Assembly: GCA_964410945.1 (NCBI GenBank)
Contig: CAYPJE010000003.1
Location: forward strand, 3,398 to 67,397
Direction: 5' to 3'
Origin: an uncultured bacterium
GTDB taxonomy: Bacteria; Fidelibacterota; Marinisomatia; Marinisomatales; TCS56
Length of the DNA stretch: 64,000 bases
The translations under genes were made by a program, and so were the position numbers. The first letter of the stretch is position 1. Every line of letters starts with the position of its first letter. The notes below the pieces were generated by a model. The model had not been told where the DNA came from, searched no databases, and saw nothing but the letters and a program-made list of their open reading frames with translations. Below are positions 38,489 through 48,641 of this stretch, one piece after another.

Positions 38489-38606
38489 GTAGGGACAAGA
38501 TTCGAATCTTGTCCCTACCTGAAAATTATATTCCGATCAACTCCTTGGCAATTTTATCGGAATCGGTTTTGATCTTGTCGTGGAGTGAATTGCCATGGGA
38601 ATCCAT
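38489..38606. repeat. 118-bp direct repeat, right copy (terminator palindrome plus functional 3' end of the fumarate hydratase beta gene)
   Basis: See 30056..30173. Contains the perfect 30-bp palindrome GTAGGGACAAGATTC/GAATCTTGTCCCTAC and the last 26 codons plus stop of the 38526..39104 gene. Confidence 0.9.
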
Positions 38607-39104
38607 GGTTACCACACAGGGGAAATCCTTCACTTTCAGGACCCACATGGCTTCCGGTACGCCGAATTCCTCCAGCTTGATCACGTCGGTAACTTTTTCC
38701 ACCGACTTGGCCAGCAGGGTGGCGGCGCCACCGATGGCATGGAGGTAAACGGCACCTGATTCCTGCAGCCCTGCCAGAGTCTTGGCACCCATTCCGCCTT
38801 TCCCCATCACACCGCGCAGTTTATAATCTTTGATCACGTCAGCCTGGTAGGGCTCTTCGCGTATTGACGTTGTAGGCCCGGCCGCCACGAATTTCCATTC
38901 GTCACCTTCCTTGGATACCACCGGTCCGCAGTGATAGATCACCGAACCTTCCAGCAGGCTACGGACCTCCTCAGGCTGTTCTTCAATCAGCCAGGCATGG
39001 GCCGCATCACGACCAGTGACCATGATACCATTCAGGGCAACTTCATCACCAACCTTCAGCTGGCGAACATCTTCCTCATTCAGCGGTAATTGCATCCTAA
39101 TCAT
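38526..39104 (-). CDS. class I fumarate hydratase / Fe-S hydro-lyase, beta (C-terminal domain) subunit
   Basis: 192 aa. GRDAAH, GPVV, AAGPTTSIR and MGKGGMG motifs of the Fumerase_C/TtdB type. Confidence 0.85.
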   Translation of the reverse strand: MIRMQLPLNEEDVRQLKVGDEVALNGIMVTGRDAAHAWLIEEQPEEVRSLLEGSVIYHCGPVVSKEGDEWKFVAAGPTTSIREEPYQADVIKDYKLRGVMGKGGMGAKTLAGLQESGAVYLHAIGGAATLLAKSVEKVTDVIKLEEFGVPEAMWVLKVKDFPCVVTMDSHGNSLHDKIKTDSDKIAKELIGI

Positions 39105-39984
39105 AGCTCACCTCGCTTTCCCTGAAGGTCATTTCCCGGTGCCGGTCGGCCCAGCACATGTAGGCTATCGAGACAAAAAATGAGGCCGGCAGCCGATGGA
39201 CCTGGCCGATTTTCACGCCCAGTACGGTGGTCTTGCCACCGAATCCCAGGGGGCCGATCCCCAATTTGTTCAGATCGGTAAACAGCCGTTTTTCAAGTGC
39301 ATCCAGCTGTTCATCGGAATTACTGTCATCCAGTTTGCGGAACAATTGCTGCTTGGCCATGACCATACCTGTGGCCCGGTCACCGCCGACGCCAATACCC
39401 AGTACACCGGGAGCGCAGCCCAATCCCTGGGCCTTGTTTACCGCATCGATAATGCATTTGTACACGCCTTCAAGATTCCGGCCGGCTTTCAGGCCGCTGT
39501 CCGGGAGCTTGTATTGTGTCGACACATTCTCACAGCCACCACCTTTCAACGCCAGCTGAACCCGGATAGCCGGTTCGTCCCATTCATCAAAATGGATGTA
39601 TGGTGACATCACACCGGTATTATCACCTGAATTCTTACCGGTCACCGAATCAACGGCATTGGGACGCAGGTAGGCTTTGGCGGTTGCCATTTTAGTTGCT
39701 TCGACAATGGCGGATTCAACCTTCCGCAGGGATACACCCTCCGGAATAGTGACGAAATGAATATTAGTGCCCGTATCCTGGCAGATCGGAGTACTGTCAT
39801 CACGAGCCATATCCACATTTTTCAGCATCGATCCCAGGACCGATTTGGCAGCGCTGTCCTGATCCTCATTGTCGCGGGCTTCTTCCATGGCCTTAATCAC
39901 ATCTTGTGGAAGCTGCGTGGATGTACGGCGGATCAGTTCAAGAACCGCGTCCTGAAATTTGTCCACGTTCAGTTTGAAACTCAT
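39097..39984 (-). CDS. class I fumarate hydratase / Fe-S hydro-lyase, alpha (N-terminal domain) subunit
   Basis: PICQDTGT cluster-ligand motif. KGGGCEN. 8-nt overlap with the beta subunit gene. Confidence 0.85.
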   Translation of the reverse strand: MSFKLNVDKFQDAVLELIRRTSTQLPQDVIKAMEEARDNEDQDSAAKSVLGSMLKNVDMARDDSTPICQDTGTNIHFVTIPEGVSLRKVESAIVEATKMATAKAYLRPNAVDSVTGKNSGDNTGVMSPYIHFDEWDEPAIRVQLALKGGGCENVSTQYKLPDSGLKAGRNLEGVYKCIIDAVNKAQGLGCAPGVLGIGVGGDRATGMVMAKQQLFRKLDDSNSDEQLDALEKRLFTDLNKLGIGPLGFGGKTTVLGVKIGQVHRLPASFFVSIAYMCWADRHREMTFRESEVSYD

Positions 39985-40013
39985 ACTATCCCCTCTCTTT
40001 GGATTAACTACTG

Positions 40014-41047
<1,034 letters not shown>

Positions 41048-41051
<4 letters not shown>

Positions 41052-42883
41052 CCTACAATCTTTTCTACTGCTTCGATTACATCGCGGGCCAGAAATGGAC
41101 GGCCGCGGACGATATTCAACTGCAGCGGATCAATCAGATATTCCGACCGAATGATCTGTGCCAACTGTCCCAGATTGATTTCCGGGATCAAAACATGTTT
41201 GAATCCGGCCAGCACATCACCTAGGTTCCCGGGTAGTGGATTAACCCAGCGCAGGTGCACATGGCTGACAGCATGCCCTTTGGCCTGCAGTTTCTGCAGG
41301 GCTGCCCGGCAGGCACCGCGCGTGCTGCCCCAACTGAGGATCAGCAGATCACCACTGTCTTCACCAATCACCCGGCAGGGCTCGACATCATCAACCACAT
41401 TGGCAATTTTTTCCGCCCGCAGGGAAATCATCAGGTGATGGTTGTCGGGATCGTAGTTAACATTACCACTGCCATCTTCCTTCTCCAATCCACCGATGCG
41501 GTGTTCCAGTCCCGGGGTACCGGGAATGACCCATTTCCTGGATTTCGATTCCGGGTCCCGTTTGTAGGGCAGGAACGGTGGATCGGTTACATTAGTCAGC
41601 ATGGGTGGTTCGATCTCCGGCAGATCGTCAACATCAGGGATTTTCCATGGTTCGGAACCATTACCCAGATAGCCATCGGTGAGCAGCATGACCGGGGTCA
41701 TGTATTTAACAGCGATCTGGGCCGCCTCGAAAGCGGCATAGAAACAGTCACCGGGGGAGCGGGCCGTGATCACCGGGATCGGTGCCTCACCATTACGTCC
41801 GTAAATGGCCTGAAAAAGATCGGATTGCTCAGTCTTGGTTGGTAATCCGGTTGAAGGACCACCGCGTTGGACATTGACAATCACCAGAGGCAGTTCGGTC
41901 ATTACCGCCAACCCCATGGCTTCGGTTTTTAGAGCAACACCGGGGCCTGAAGTTCCTGTGGCTGCCAGACATCCGGCATAGGCCGCGCCGATAGCGGAGG
42001 TGATCCCCGCAATCTCATCTTCGGCCTGGAAAGTACGGACCTTGAAATTCCTGAAACCAGCCAGGTAATGCAGAATATCGCTGGCGGGTGTAATCGGGTA
42101 GCTGCCATAAAACAGCGGCAAACCCGACTTGGCGGCAGCGGCTACCAATCCCAGGCTGGTGGCATAATTACCGCTGACATTGCGATAAGTACCGGCCGGC
42201 AGTTTGGCTGCGTCAACTTTATAGTTTGTAGTGAAAATCCGGTTGGTCGAACCATAATTGTAACCGGCATTCAAAGCACGGGTATTAGCCTCAACAATGT
42301 CCGGTTTACTGGCGAATTTGGATTTCAGCCATTCGATGGTCGATTCAATTGGACGGTTGTACATCCAGTACAAAAGACCCAGAGCAAACATATTTTTTGT
42401 ACGCTCAACGATCTTGGATGACAGGCCCATATCTTCGCAGGCATGGCTTACCAGGCGACTCATATCAATCGGGTAAACAATATAATCTTTAAGGGTTTCA
42501 TCTTCCAGCGGATTAATCTCATAGCCGGCCAGCTTGAGGTTCTTGGTAATGAAACTGGAGGTATTAATAATTATAATTCCTCCACGAACCAGTTCCTTCA
42601 TATGTACTTTGAGGGCTGCCGGATTCATAGCCACCAGCACATCGGGATCATCACCTGGCGTGAAAATCTCCTGGGAGCTGAAGTGCAGCTGAAAAGCACT
42701 TACACCGGCCAGCGAACCCGCGGGGGCCCGGATTTCGGCCGGATAGTCAGGCAGAGTACTGAGATCGTTACCGATGATGGCAGTGGCACTGGTAAAACGG
42801 TCACCGGTGAGCTGCATCCCATCACCGGAATCACCGGCAAACCGGATGGTTACATCATCGATCTGTTTTAGGGTTTTAGGCAT
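41048..42883 (-). CDS. korA: 2-oxoglutarate:ferredoxin oxidoreductase alpha subunit (fused gamma-alpha type)
   Basis: 611 aa. N-terminal gamma-like domain (IRFAGDSGDGMQLTG). The central alpha domain is YPITPASD ... VNVQRGGPSTGLPT. Confidence 0.85.
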
Positions 42884-43127
42884 ACAATATTCCTTATCAG
42901 GGGTTCAATTTCGGGTAATTCAACTAATGGCAGATAGGGCAGGTTCCACCTGTCAACATAGAAAAAAATTCGGTGTGTATACAGACATGGTCTGATGTTC
43001 AATAATTGTCGTATTCAAAGTTACTCTGTTAGTTTTATGTTAGGCAATCATATATGGTTTTATTTTAACATAAATCGTGCCAATTGCTATTAAGCTTACA
43101 AAGTCGTAAACTTGGCTTGGAGGTATT

Positions 43128-43931
43128 ATGTTTGACTTAAAGGATCCGCAGCAAATAGCTATGTTTCCCGAACTTTCGAAAAACACCGCTTTACCTTCAA
43201 TTGCGAGTCAGCCCCAGTTTGAAACAGCCCTGGCCAATCTGATCCGAATCAGCGATCTGGGTGCCTTTGTCCAACTGAATATCAACGGCATTGACAAAGG
43301 TTACAGTCTGAATGTAAATGAGCTGGAGATTCCGCCCGACTTCTTAAAGGACAACCCCTCCCTGACACCACTGTCTGTTCAATTGTTTCCTGCTCCGGTG
43401 AGGCGGCAACTGCAGAAACTGGTCTATGATATTAAAGCCTATTTTACTGCTGAGAATTCTCTCCATACCACCTTTGGCCCCTTTTTATACCGCCATCGAT
43501 TCAGTCACTGGAACCGGTTTCTGGAACTGGAAAAAGGCCGGCTGATTAAAACCGTTAAGCGTCTGCTGGGCAAAAAGACCTACTCCCGCTTCTTCATTGA
43601 TCAGTTCAAAGCAGGTTATGACATGTTTCAATCAGCAGCCGATATTACTGCTCCCTGGGAATTCCGGAGCAAGATTACAATGGCGTTAATTCGTGATCAG
43701 CGCCGGAGACTGGAGCAGAAAGAATTTGAGTTGAACAATCTCAGTCCCACCGATATCGACTTTCCGATGAAAATGATGATAATAAAAACACATCATATCC
43801 CCCTGAAACTGGATGATTACCTTAAACAGATAAATATCATTTCGTTTTTCAAAACCATCCATATCGAACACCTGGCTGATGTTGAAATCAATACCCTGGA
43901 TGATATCAGACATCTGTTTTCTCAATTTTAA
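43128..43931 (+). CDS. hypothetical protein (no recognisable domain)
   Basis: 267-aa ORF with an ATG start preceded by GGAGG. No motif that I recognise. Confidence 0.5.
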   Translation: MFDLKDPQQIAMFPELSKNTALPSIASQPQFETALANLIRISDLGAFVQLNINGIDKGYSLNVNELEIPPDFLKDNPSLTPLSVQLFPAPVRRQLQKLVYDIKAYFTAENSLHTTFGPFLYRHRFSHWNRFLELEKGRLIKTVKRLLGKKTYSRFFIDQFKAGYDMFQSAADITAPWEFRSKITMALIRDQRRRLEQKEFELNNLSPTDIDFPMKMMIIKTHHIPLKLDDYLKQINIISFFKTIHIEHLADVEINTLDDIRHLFSQF

Positions 43932-43984
43932 TTTTATACTTAAGCTCCCTCCTGTTTAATTAACCAACTCCGGCCAATTTGACC

Positions 43985-45031
43985 ATGAATAAAGAAGCTA
44001 TCCGACTTACCACCCTCAGCCACGGATCAGGGTGAGCCTGTAAAATAGGTCCGGAGGACTTGTCGAAAATTCTTGACTCCATCGAGACAGGCCATGATGA
44101 GCGCATTGTGGTCGGTTTTGATGGGACTGATGATGCGGCCGCAGTGCGACTCGATGATGGCCGGTTGTTGCTGCAGACGGTCGATTTCTTCACTCCCGTG
44201 GTGGACGATCCCTACCAATTCGGGCAGATCGCCGCTGCTAATTCACTATCCGATATCTATGCCATGGGCGGAAAACCGCTGTTTGCCCTCAATATCGTCG
44301 GCTTTCCGATCAAGTCCCTTCCCAGGGAAGTACTGACCAGGATTCTGCAAGGCGGTATCGACAAGGCCCGGGAGGCGGGAATTTCAATCGTTGGCGGCCA
44401 CAGTATTGACGATCCGGAACCAAAATACGGCCTGGTGGTGACCGGTGAAGTAGATGAATCGAGGATGCTGACCAACAGTAATGCCCGTCCGGGGGACACA
44501 TTGATTTTAACCAAACCGCTGGGAACCGGAATCATTGCCACTGCCATCAAACGCGGTACCGCCACTGAATCGGCTATTCAGGCAGCGGTTGAATCGATGA
44601 GCCAGTTGAACCAATTGGCCGCCGTCACGGCACAGGAATTGGACGCTCATTCGGTAACCGATGTTACCGGTTTCGGACTGCTTGGCCATCTGAGTGAAAT
44701 GTGTCGCGCCAGCAATGTTTCCGTAAGGGTTGATTTCTCAGCACTACCCTTCTTACCGACAGTTGAACAACTGGTGCAGGCCGATGTGATCCCGGGTGGA
44801 ACCAGGCGAAATCTTGAATACGCATCCAGGCATGTATCTTTCAACGATTCATTGTCCGACAATCAGAAATTGATGGCCGCCGATGCCCAGACTTCCGGAG
44901 GTTTACTGGTGGCGCTACCGGCTGACAAAGCCGGTGAATTCTGCTCTAAATACAATTCTCACTCAAATTTACCGGCTATCAAGGTGGGTACATTTACTGA
45001 GTCTCAGAAATATCTGATCAAGATCATTTAA
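43985..45031 (+). CDS. selD: selenide, water dikinase (selenophosphate synthetase), selenocysteine-containing
   Basis: ATG at 43985. Reads MNKEAIRLTTLSHGSG-TGA(44033..44035)-ACKIGPEDLSKIL, in frame with track ORF 44060..45031. This matches the E. coli SelD N-terminus [18 protein letters not shown], with U replacing Cys17. Confidence 0.85.
44045..44063 (+). promoter_or_regulatory. candidate SECIS hairpin downstream of the selD UGA
   Basis: ATAGGTCC-gga-GGACTTGT (8 pairings including two G-U), beginning 9 nt after the TGA. Confidence 0.35.
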
Positions 45032-45329
45032 CATCCTGAATCCGCTTAATATTTTAGTGGATTAATGAATTTTACTTGCCCTGTATTTTCGTAATGATGT
45101 ATGCTCAAACCAAGAAGAGTGCCGATTTTGAAAGACGACATACGACTCTGCTTTTCCGGTATACGATTTAAGGATTGATTTCCTTCCGGACCGCTCATTT
45201 CGATTAAGCAGTTACTGACTAAGAAGACGAATTTGCAGATTGGCTGAATTGCTCTGGTCAATTCAGCTGGTGAAACAATCACTGGTAAAAACCGGTGATT
45301 AAAATAACCCTACTGCGAAGGAGCATACG

Positions 45330-45599
45330 ATGAAGCTTAACTGCTGGGAGGTGAATCGCTGCGGTCGAGAACTAGGGGGTAAAAACTCCAAGGAACTGGG
45401 TGTTTGCTGCTCTGTAAAATTTACTGCTTTTAATGGCACAAATAACGGATTCAACGGTGGAAGGTACTGTTGGGCCGTAGCCGGATCATTAAAAGACACA
45501 CCCAAAGATTGTATCCACAATCCCCCGGGTAATGATTGTACCGAATGTAATTTTTATTCCAAAGTCAAGGAGGAAGAAAGTATAAACTTCATTGCCTGA
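45330..45599 (+). CDS. small cysteine-rich two-CW-type protein
   Basis: 89 aa. NCWEVNRCGRE ... GRYCWAVAG ... CTECNFY pattern. SD GAAGGAG upstream. Confidence 0.55.
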   Translation: MKLNCWEVNRCGRELGGKNSKELGVCCSVKFTAFNGTNNGFNGGRYCWAVAGSLKDTPKDCIHNPPGNDCTECNFYSKVKEEESINFIA

Positions 45600-45677
45600 C
45601 GTACCCCGAATTCGATCCATTCCGAATATGACGCAAGTAACCTCCAACCAAAATTCATTAAGAGCAAAAGGTGTATC

Positions 45678-45983
45678 ATGAACTATTGGCGTGTGCCATT
45701 TGATATCAATAAAATTGAAATCCCCCATGGTGATATCCAAATCCTGGTCGAACGCTGCAAGGGCTGCGGCTTCTGTGTGGAATATTGCCCCAAGCAAACC
45801 CTTGAAATGTCGGCTGATTTTAATCGCAAGGGTTATCATTATCCTGATATAGTCCGCGAGGGAACCTGCGTGAACTGTAATCTATGTGAGACTATCTGCC
45901 CCGAATTTGCCATTTTCGTACTGGAGGATAAACCCCGGCACCCGGATGCCGATGAAGTGCTGGGAAAGGAAGGTGACCAATGA
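45678..45983 (+). CDS. 2-oxoacid:ferredoxin oxidoreductase delta subunit (2x[4Fe-4S] ferredoxin)
   Basis: CKGCGFCVEYCP and CVNCNLCETICP motifs. 4-nt overlap with the alpha subunit gene. Confidence 0.8.
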   Translation: MNYWRVPFDINKIEIPHGDIQILVERCKGCGFCVEYCPKQTLEMSADFNRKGYHYPDIVREGTCVNCNLCETICPEFAIFVLEDKPRHPDADEVLGKEGDQ

Positions 45984-47137
45984 AGGCTGATCCCAAAGGT
46001 GTTGCCACCGGAGCCCACTATCTGGATGGTGACCACGCCTGTTCCGAAGGTTCAATCGCCGCCGGTTGCCGATTCCTGGCCGGCTATCCCATCACCCCCT
46101 CCACGGAAGTAGCCGAACGAATTGCCGTCCGCTTCCCAAAAGTCGGAGGTATGTTCATCCAGATGGAGGACGAGCTGGCATCGATGGCCGCTGTGGTTGG
46201 TGCCACCTGGTCCGGTGTTAAGGCCATGACTGTTACCTCAGGGCCCGGCTTCTCCCTGATGATGGAAAACCTCGGGCTGGCCGTTATGATGGAAACACCC
46301 TGCGTAGTGGTCAACGTTCAGCGCGGCGGTCCATCTACCGGGTTGCCAACCCTGACCGGACAGGCCGATATGATGCAGGCCCGCTGGGGATCGCACGGGG
46401 ATTATGAAATAATCGCCATTTCACCCAATTCCCCGCAGGAATGCTTCGACCTGTCCATTACCGCCTTTAACCTGGCGGAAAAATGGCGCGTCCCGGTCCT
46501 GTTCATGATGGACGAATGTGTCGGTCACATGACTGAAAAAGTCGTTATTCCCGAAGCGGATGAAATCGAGATCACTCCTCGTGAATACTACCAGGGCACA
46601 AACGGTTCCTACCGACCGTATAAATTTAATGAAGGTGAACTGACTCCAATGATCAAGGCCGGTGATGGCCATAACATACATATTACCGGGCTGACCCACG
46701 ACGAACGTGGCTATCCAATTATCAATGCCGAAGCCCAGGAGAAAAACGTAACCCACCTGGTAAATAAAATCCGCGACAATGCGGACAAGATCCATATAAT
46801 TGAAGAGGATCAGATAGAAGGTGCCGAGGTGGTTGTGATATCATATGGTATTTCATCACGAGTGGCCCTGAAAGCGGTGGATGATGCCCGCACCAAAGGA
46901 ATAAAAGTCGGAACGATGCGCCTGGTTACGGTATGGCCCTTCCCTGAGAAACGAATCCTTGAATTGGCCGGCAAGGTTAAGGCCCTGGTGGTTCCGGAGA
47001 TCAATCTGGGACAAGTAGTTTTGGAAGTTGAACGCTGTGCCCAGGGTAAATGCAAAACTATCCTGGTACCACATGCCGGTGGCTGGGTTCATGATCCAAT
47101 CAATATCTTAAAAGCAATCGAAGAAGGTGCGTCATGA
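45980..47137 (+). CDS. 2-oxoacid:ferredoxin oxidoreductase alpha subunit
   Basis: YPITPSTE and VNVQRGGPSTGLPT motifs. 385 aa. Confidence 0.85.
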   Translation: MKADPKGVATGAHYLDGDHACSEGSIAAGCRFLAGYPITPSTEVAERIAVRFPKVGGMFIQMEDELASMAAVVGATWSGVKAMTVTSGPGFSLMMENLGLAVMMETPCVVVNVQRGGPSTGLPTLTGQADMMQARWGSHGDYEIIAISPNSPQECFDLSITAFNLAEKWRVPVLFMMDECVGHMTEKVVIPEADEIEITPREYYQGTNGSYRPYKFNEGELTPMIKAGDGHNIHITGLTHDERGYPIINAEAQEKNVTHLVNKIRDNADKIHIIEEDQIEGAEVVVISYGISSRVALKAVDDARTKGIKVGTMRLVTVWPFPEKRILELAGKVKALVVPEINLGQVVLEVERCAQGKCKTILVPHAGGWVHDPINILKAIEEGAS

Positions 47138-48072
47138 GTGAAATTACCGCTGATATGACCAGTACGCTCCAAATCCCCGACCCGGAAGAGACACTAAAGC
47201 ATCCCATGGAACGCTTCCTGCGCACCGAACGTCTACCTCACATCTGGTGTGCTTCCTGCGGAATCGGCACCGTGATCACCGCCTACATCACCGCCCTGCA
47301 GAAGTCCGAACTGGACCCGGAAAAAGTGGCTGTTGTATCCGGTATCGGCTGCTCTGGTCGTGCCGCAGGCTATTTAAGGCTGGATTCCTTCCACTCCACC
47401 CATGGCCGGGCGATTCCCTTTGCCACCGGACTGGCAGTTGGCAATCCGGAATTGAAAGTGACCGTCATTAGTGGCGACGGTGATTTAATCGCCATCGGTG
47501 GTAATCATCTGATCCACGCCGCCCGGCGGAATATCAACATGACCATCATCTGTATCAATAATTTCAACTATGCCATGACCGGAGGCCAGGCCGGGCCAAC
47601 CACACCGGTTACGGCTAATGCCTCCACGGCACCTTACGGCTGTTACGAATTCCCCTTCAACCTGCCCTTCCTGGCGGAATCATCGGGTGCAATTTTCGTG
47701 GCCCGCTGGACGGCCCTGCATATCAGGCGGATGGCTAAATCCATAGAAAAAGCCCTGCTCAAACCAGGCTTCTCATTTATTGAGATAATTGCTCCCTGCT
47801 CCACCCTTTATGCCCGGCGCAATCGTCTGGGATCGGGGCTGGATCTGATGAAATTTTATCATGATAATGCTATCATCAAGCACGGAATAGACACCCGGGA
47901 AGTTGATATCGACTTCCAGGAAAGTATCATGGTGGGTGAATTCGTCGATAAGGATAAACCTCATTTCCTGGCCAAACGGGATCAGTTCCTGAAAATGAAA
48001 CTGGGTGATAAATACATCCCCTATCTGGGCCCTGATTCCACTCCTTCAACCATGAAGCAGGGAGTAGAATAA
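47134..48072 (+). CDS. 2-oxoacid:ferredoxin oxidoreductase beta subunit (TPP-binding)
   Basis: WCASCGIG, GIGCSGR and SGDGDLIAIGGNH motifs. Confidence 0.85.
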   Translation: MSEITADMTSTLQIPDPEETLKHPMERFLRTERLPHIWCASCGIGTVITAYITALQKSELDPEKVAVVSGIGCSGRAAGYLRLDSFHSTHGRAIPFATGLAVGNPELKVTVISGDGDLIAIGGNHLIHAARRNINMTIICINNFNYAMTGGQAGPTTPVTANASTAPYGCYEFPFNLPFLAESSGAIFVARWTALHIRRMAKSIEKALLKPGFSFIEIIAPCSTLYARRNRLGSGLDLMKFYHDNAIIKHGIDTREVDIDFQESIMVGEFVDKDKPHFLAKRDQFLKMKLGDKYIPYLGPDSTPSTMKQGVE

Positions 48073-48635
48073 TGGATATTCGATTTTCTGGTTTTGGCGG
48101 GCAGGGAATAATCAAATCCGGAATCCTGATCGGCAAGGCAGCCTCATTGCACGACAATAAATTCGGCACAATGACCCAGAGCTTCGGCCCCGAAGCCCGG
48201 GGTGGCGCCTGTTCCGCCCAGGTGGTTGTCGATGATAAACCGATACTTTATCCCTATATCGTAGCACCTCAAATCCTGGTATCGATGTCACAGGAGGCTT
48301 ACGAGAAATTCCTCGATGAACTGGTTCCCGACGGTATCCTGCTCACTGATTCCGACCTGGTAAAGCCGGAACGAACCCGGGATGATGTCCGCATGTACTC
48401 GATCCCTTCGACCCGGATTGCCGAAGATATGGGTAATCGTATTTTTGCCAACGTGGTCATGGTTGGATTCTTAACCGGTATTACCAGAGTGATAAGTGCC
48501 GAATCGGTGAAGGCCGCTTTGCCTGATTCGGTACCGGAACGTTTTATCGATGTAAATATCAAAGCCTTTGAGCGCGGCTATGATTATGCGCTCGAACAAT
48601 TGGAGAAGGAAACCAAAGAACCGGTCAAAGCCTGA
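48072..48635 (+). CDS. 2-oxoacid:ferredoxin oxidoreductase gamma subunit
   Basis: IRFSGFGGQGI ... FGPEARGG motifs. Start overlaps the beta subunit stop. Confidence 0.85.
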   Translation: MDIRFSGFGGQGIIKSGILIGKAASLHDNKFGTMTQSFGPEARGGACSAQVVVDDKPILYPYIVAPQILVSMSQEAYEKFLDELVPDGILLTDSDLVKPERTRDDVRMYSIPSTRIAEDMGNRIFANVVMVGFLTGITRVISAESVKAALPDSVPERFIDVNIKAFERGYDYALEQLEKETKEPVKA

Positions 48636-48641
48636 GAAAAC

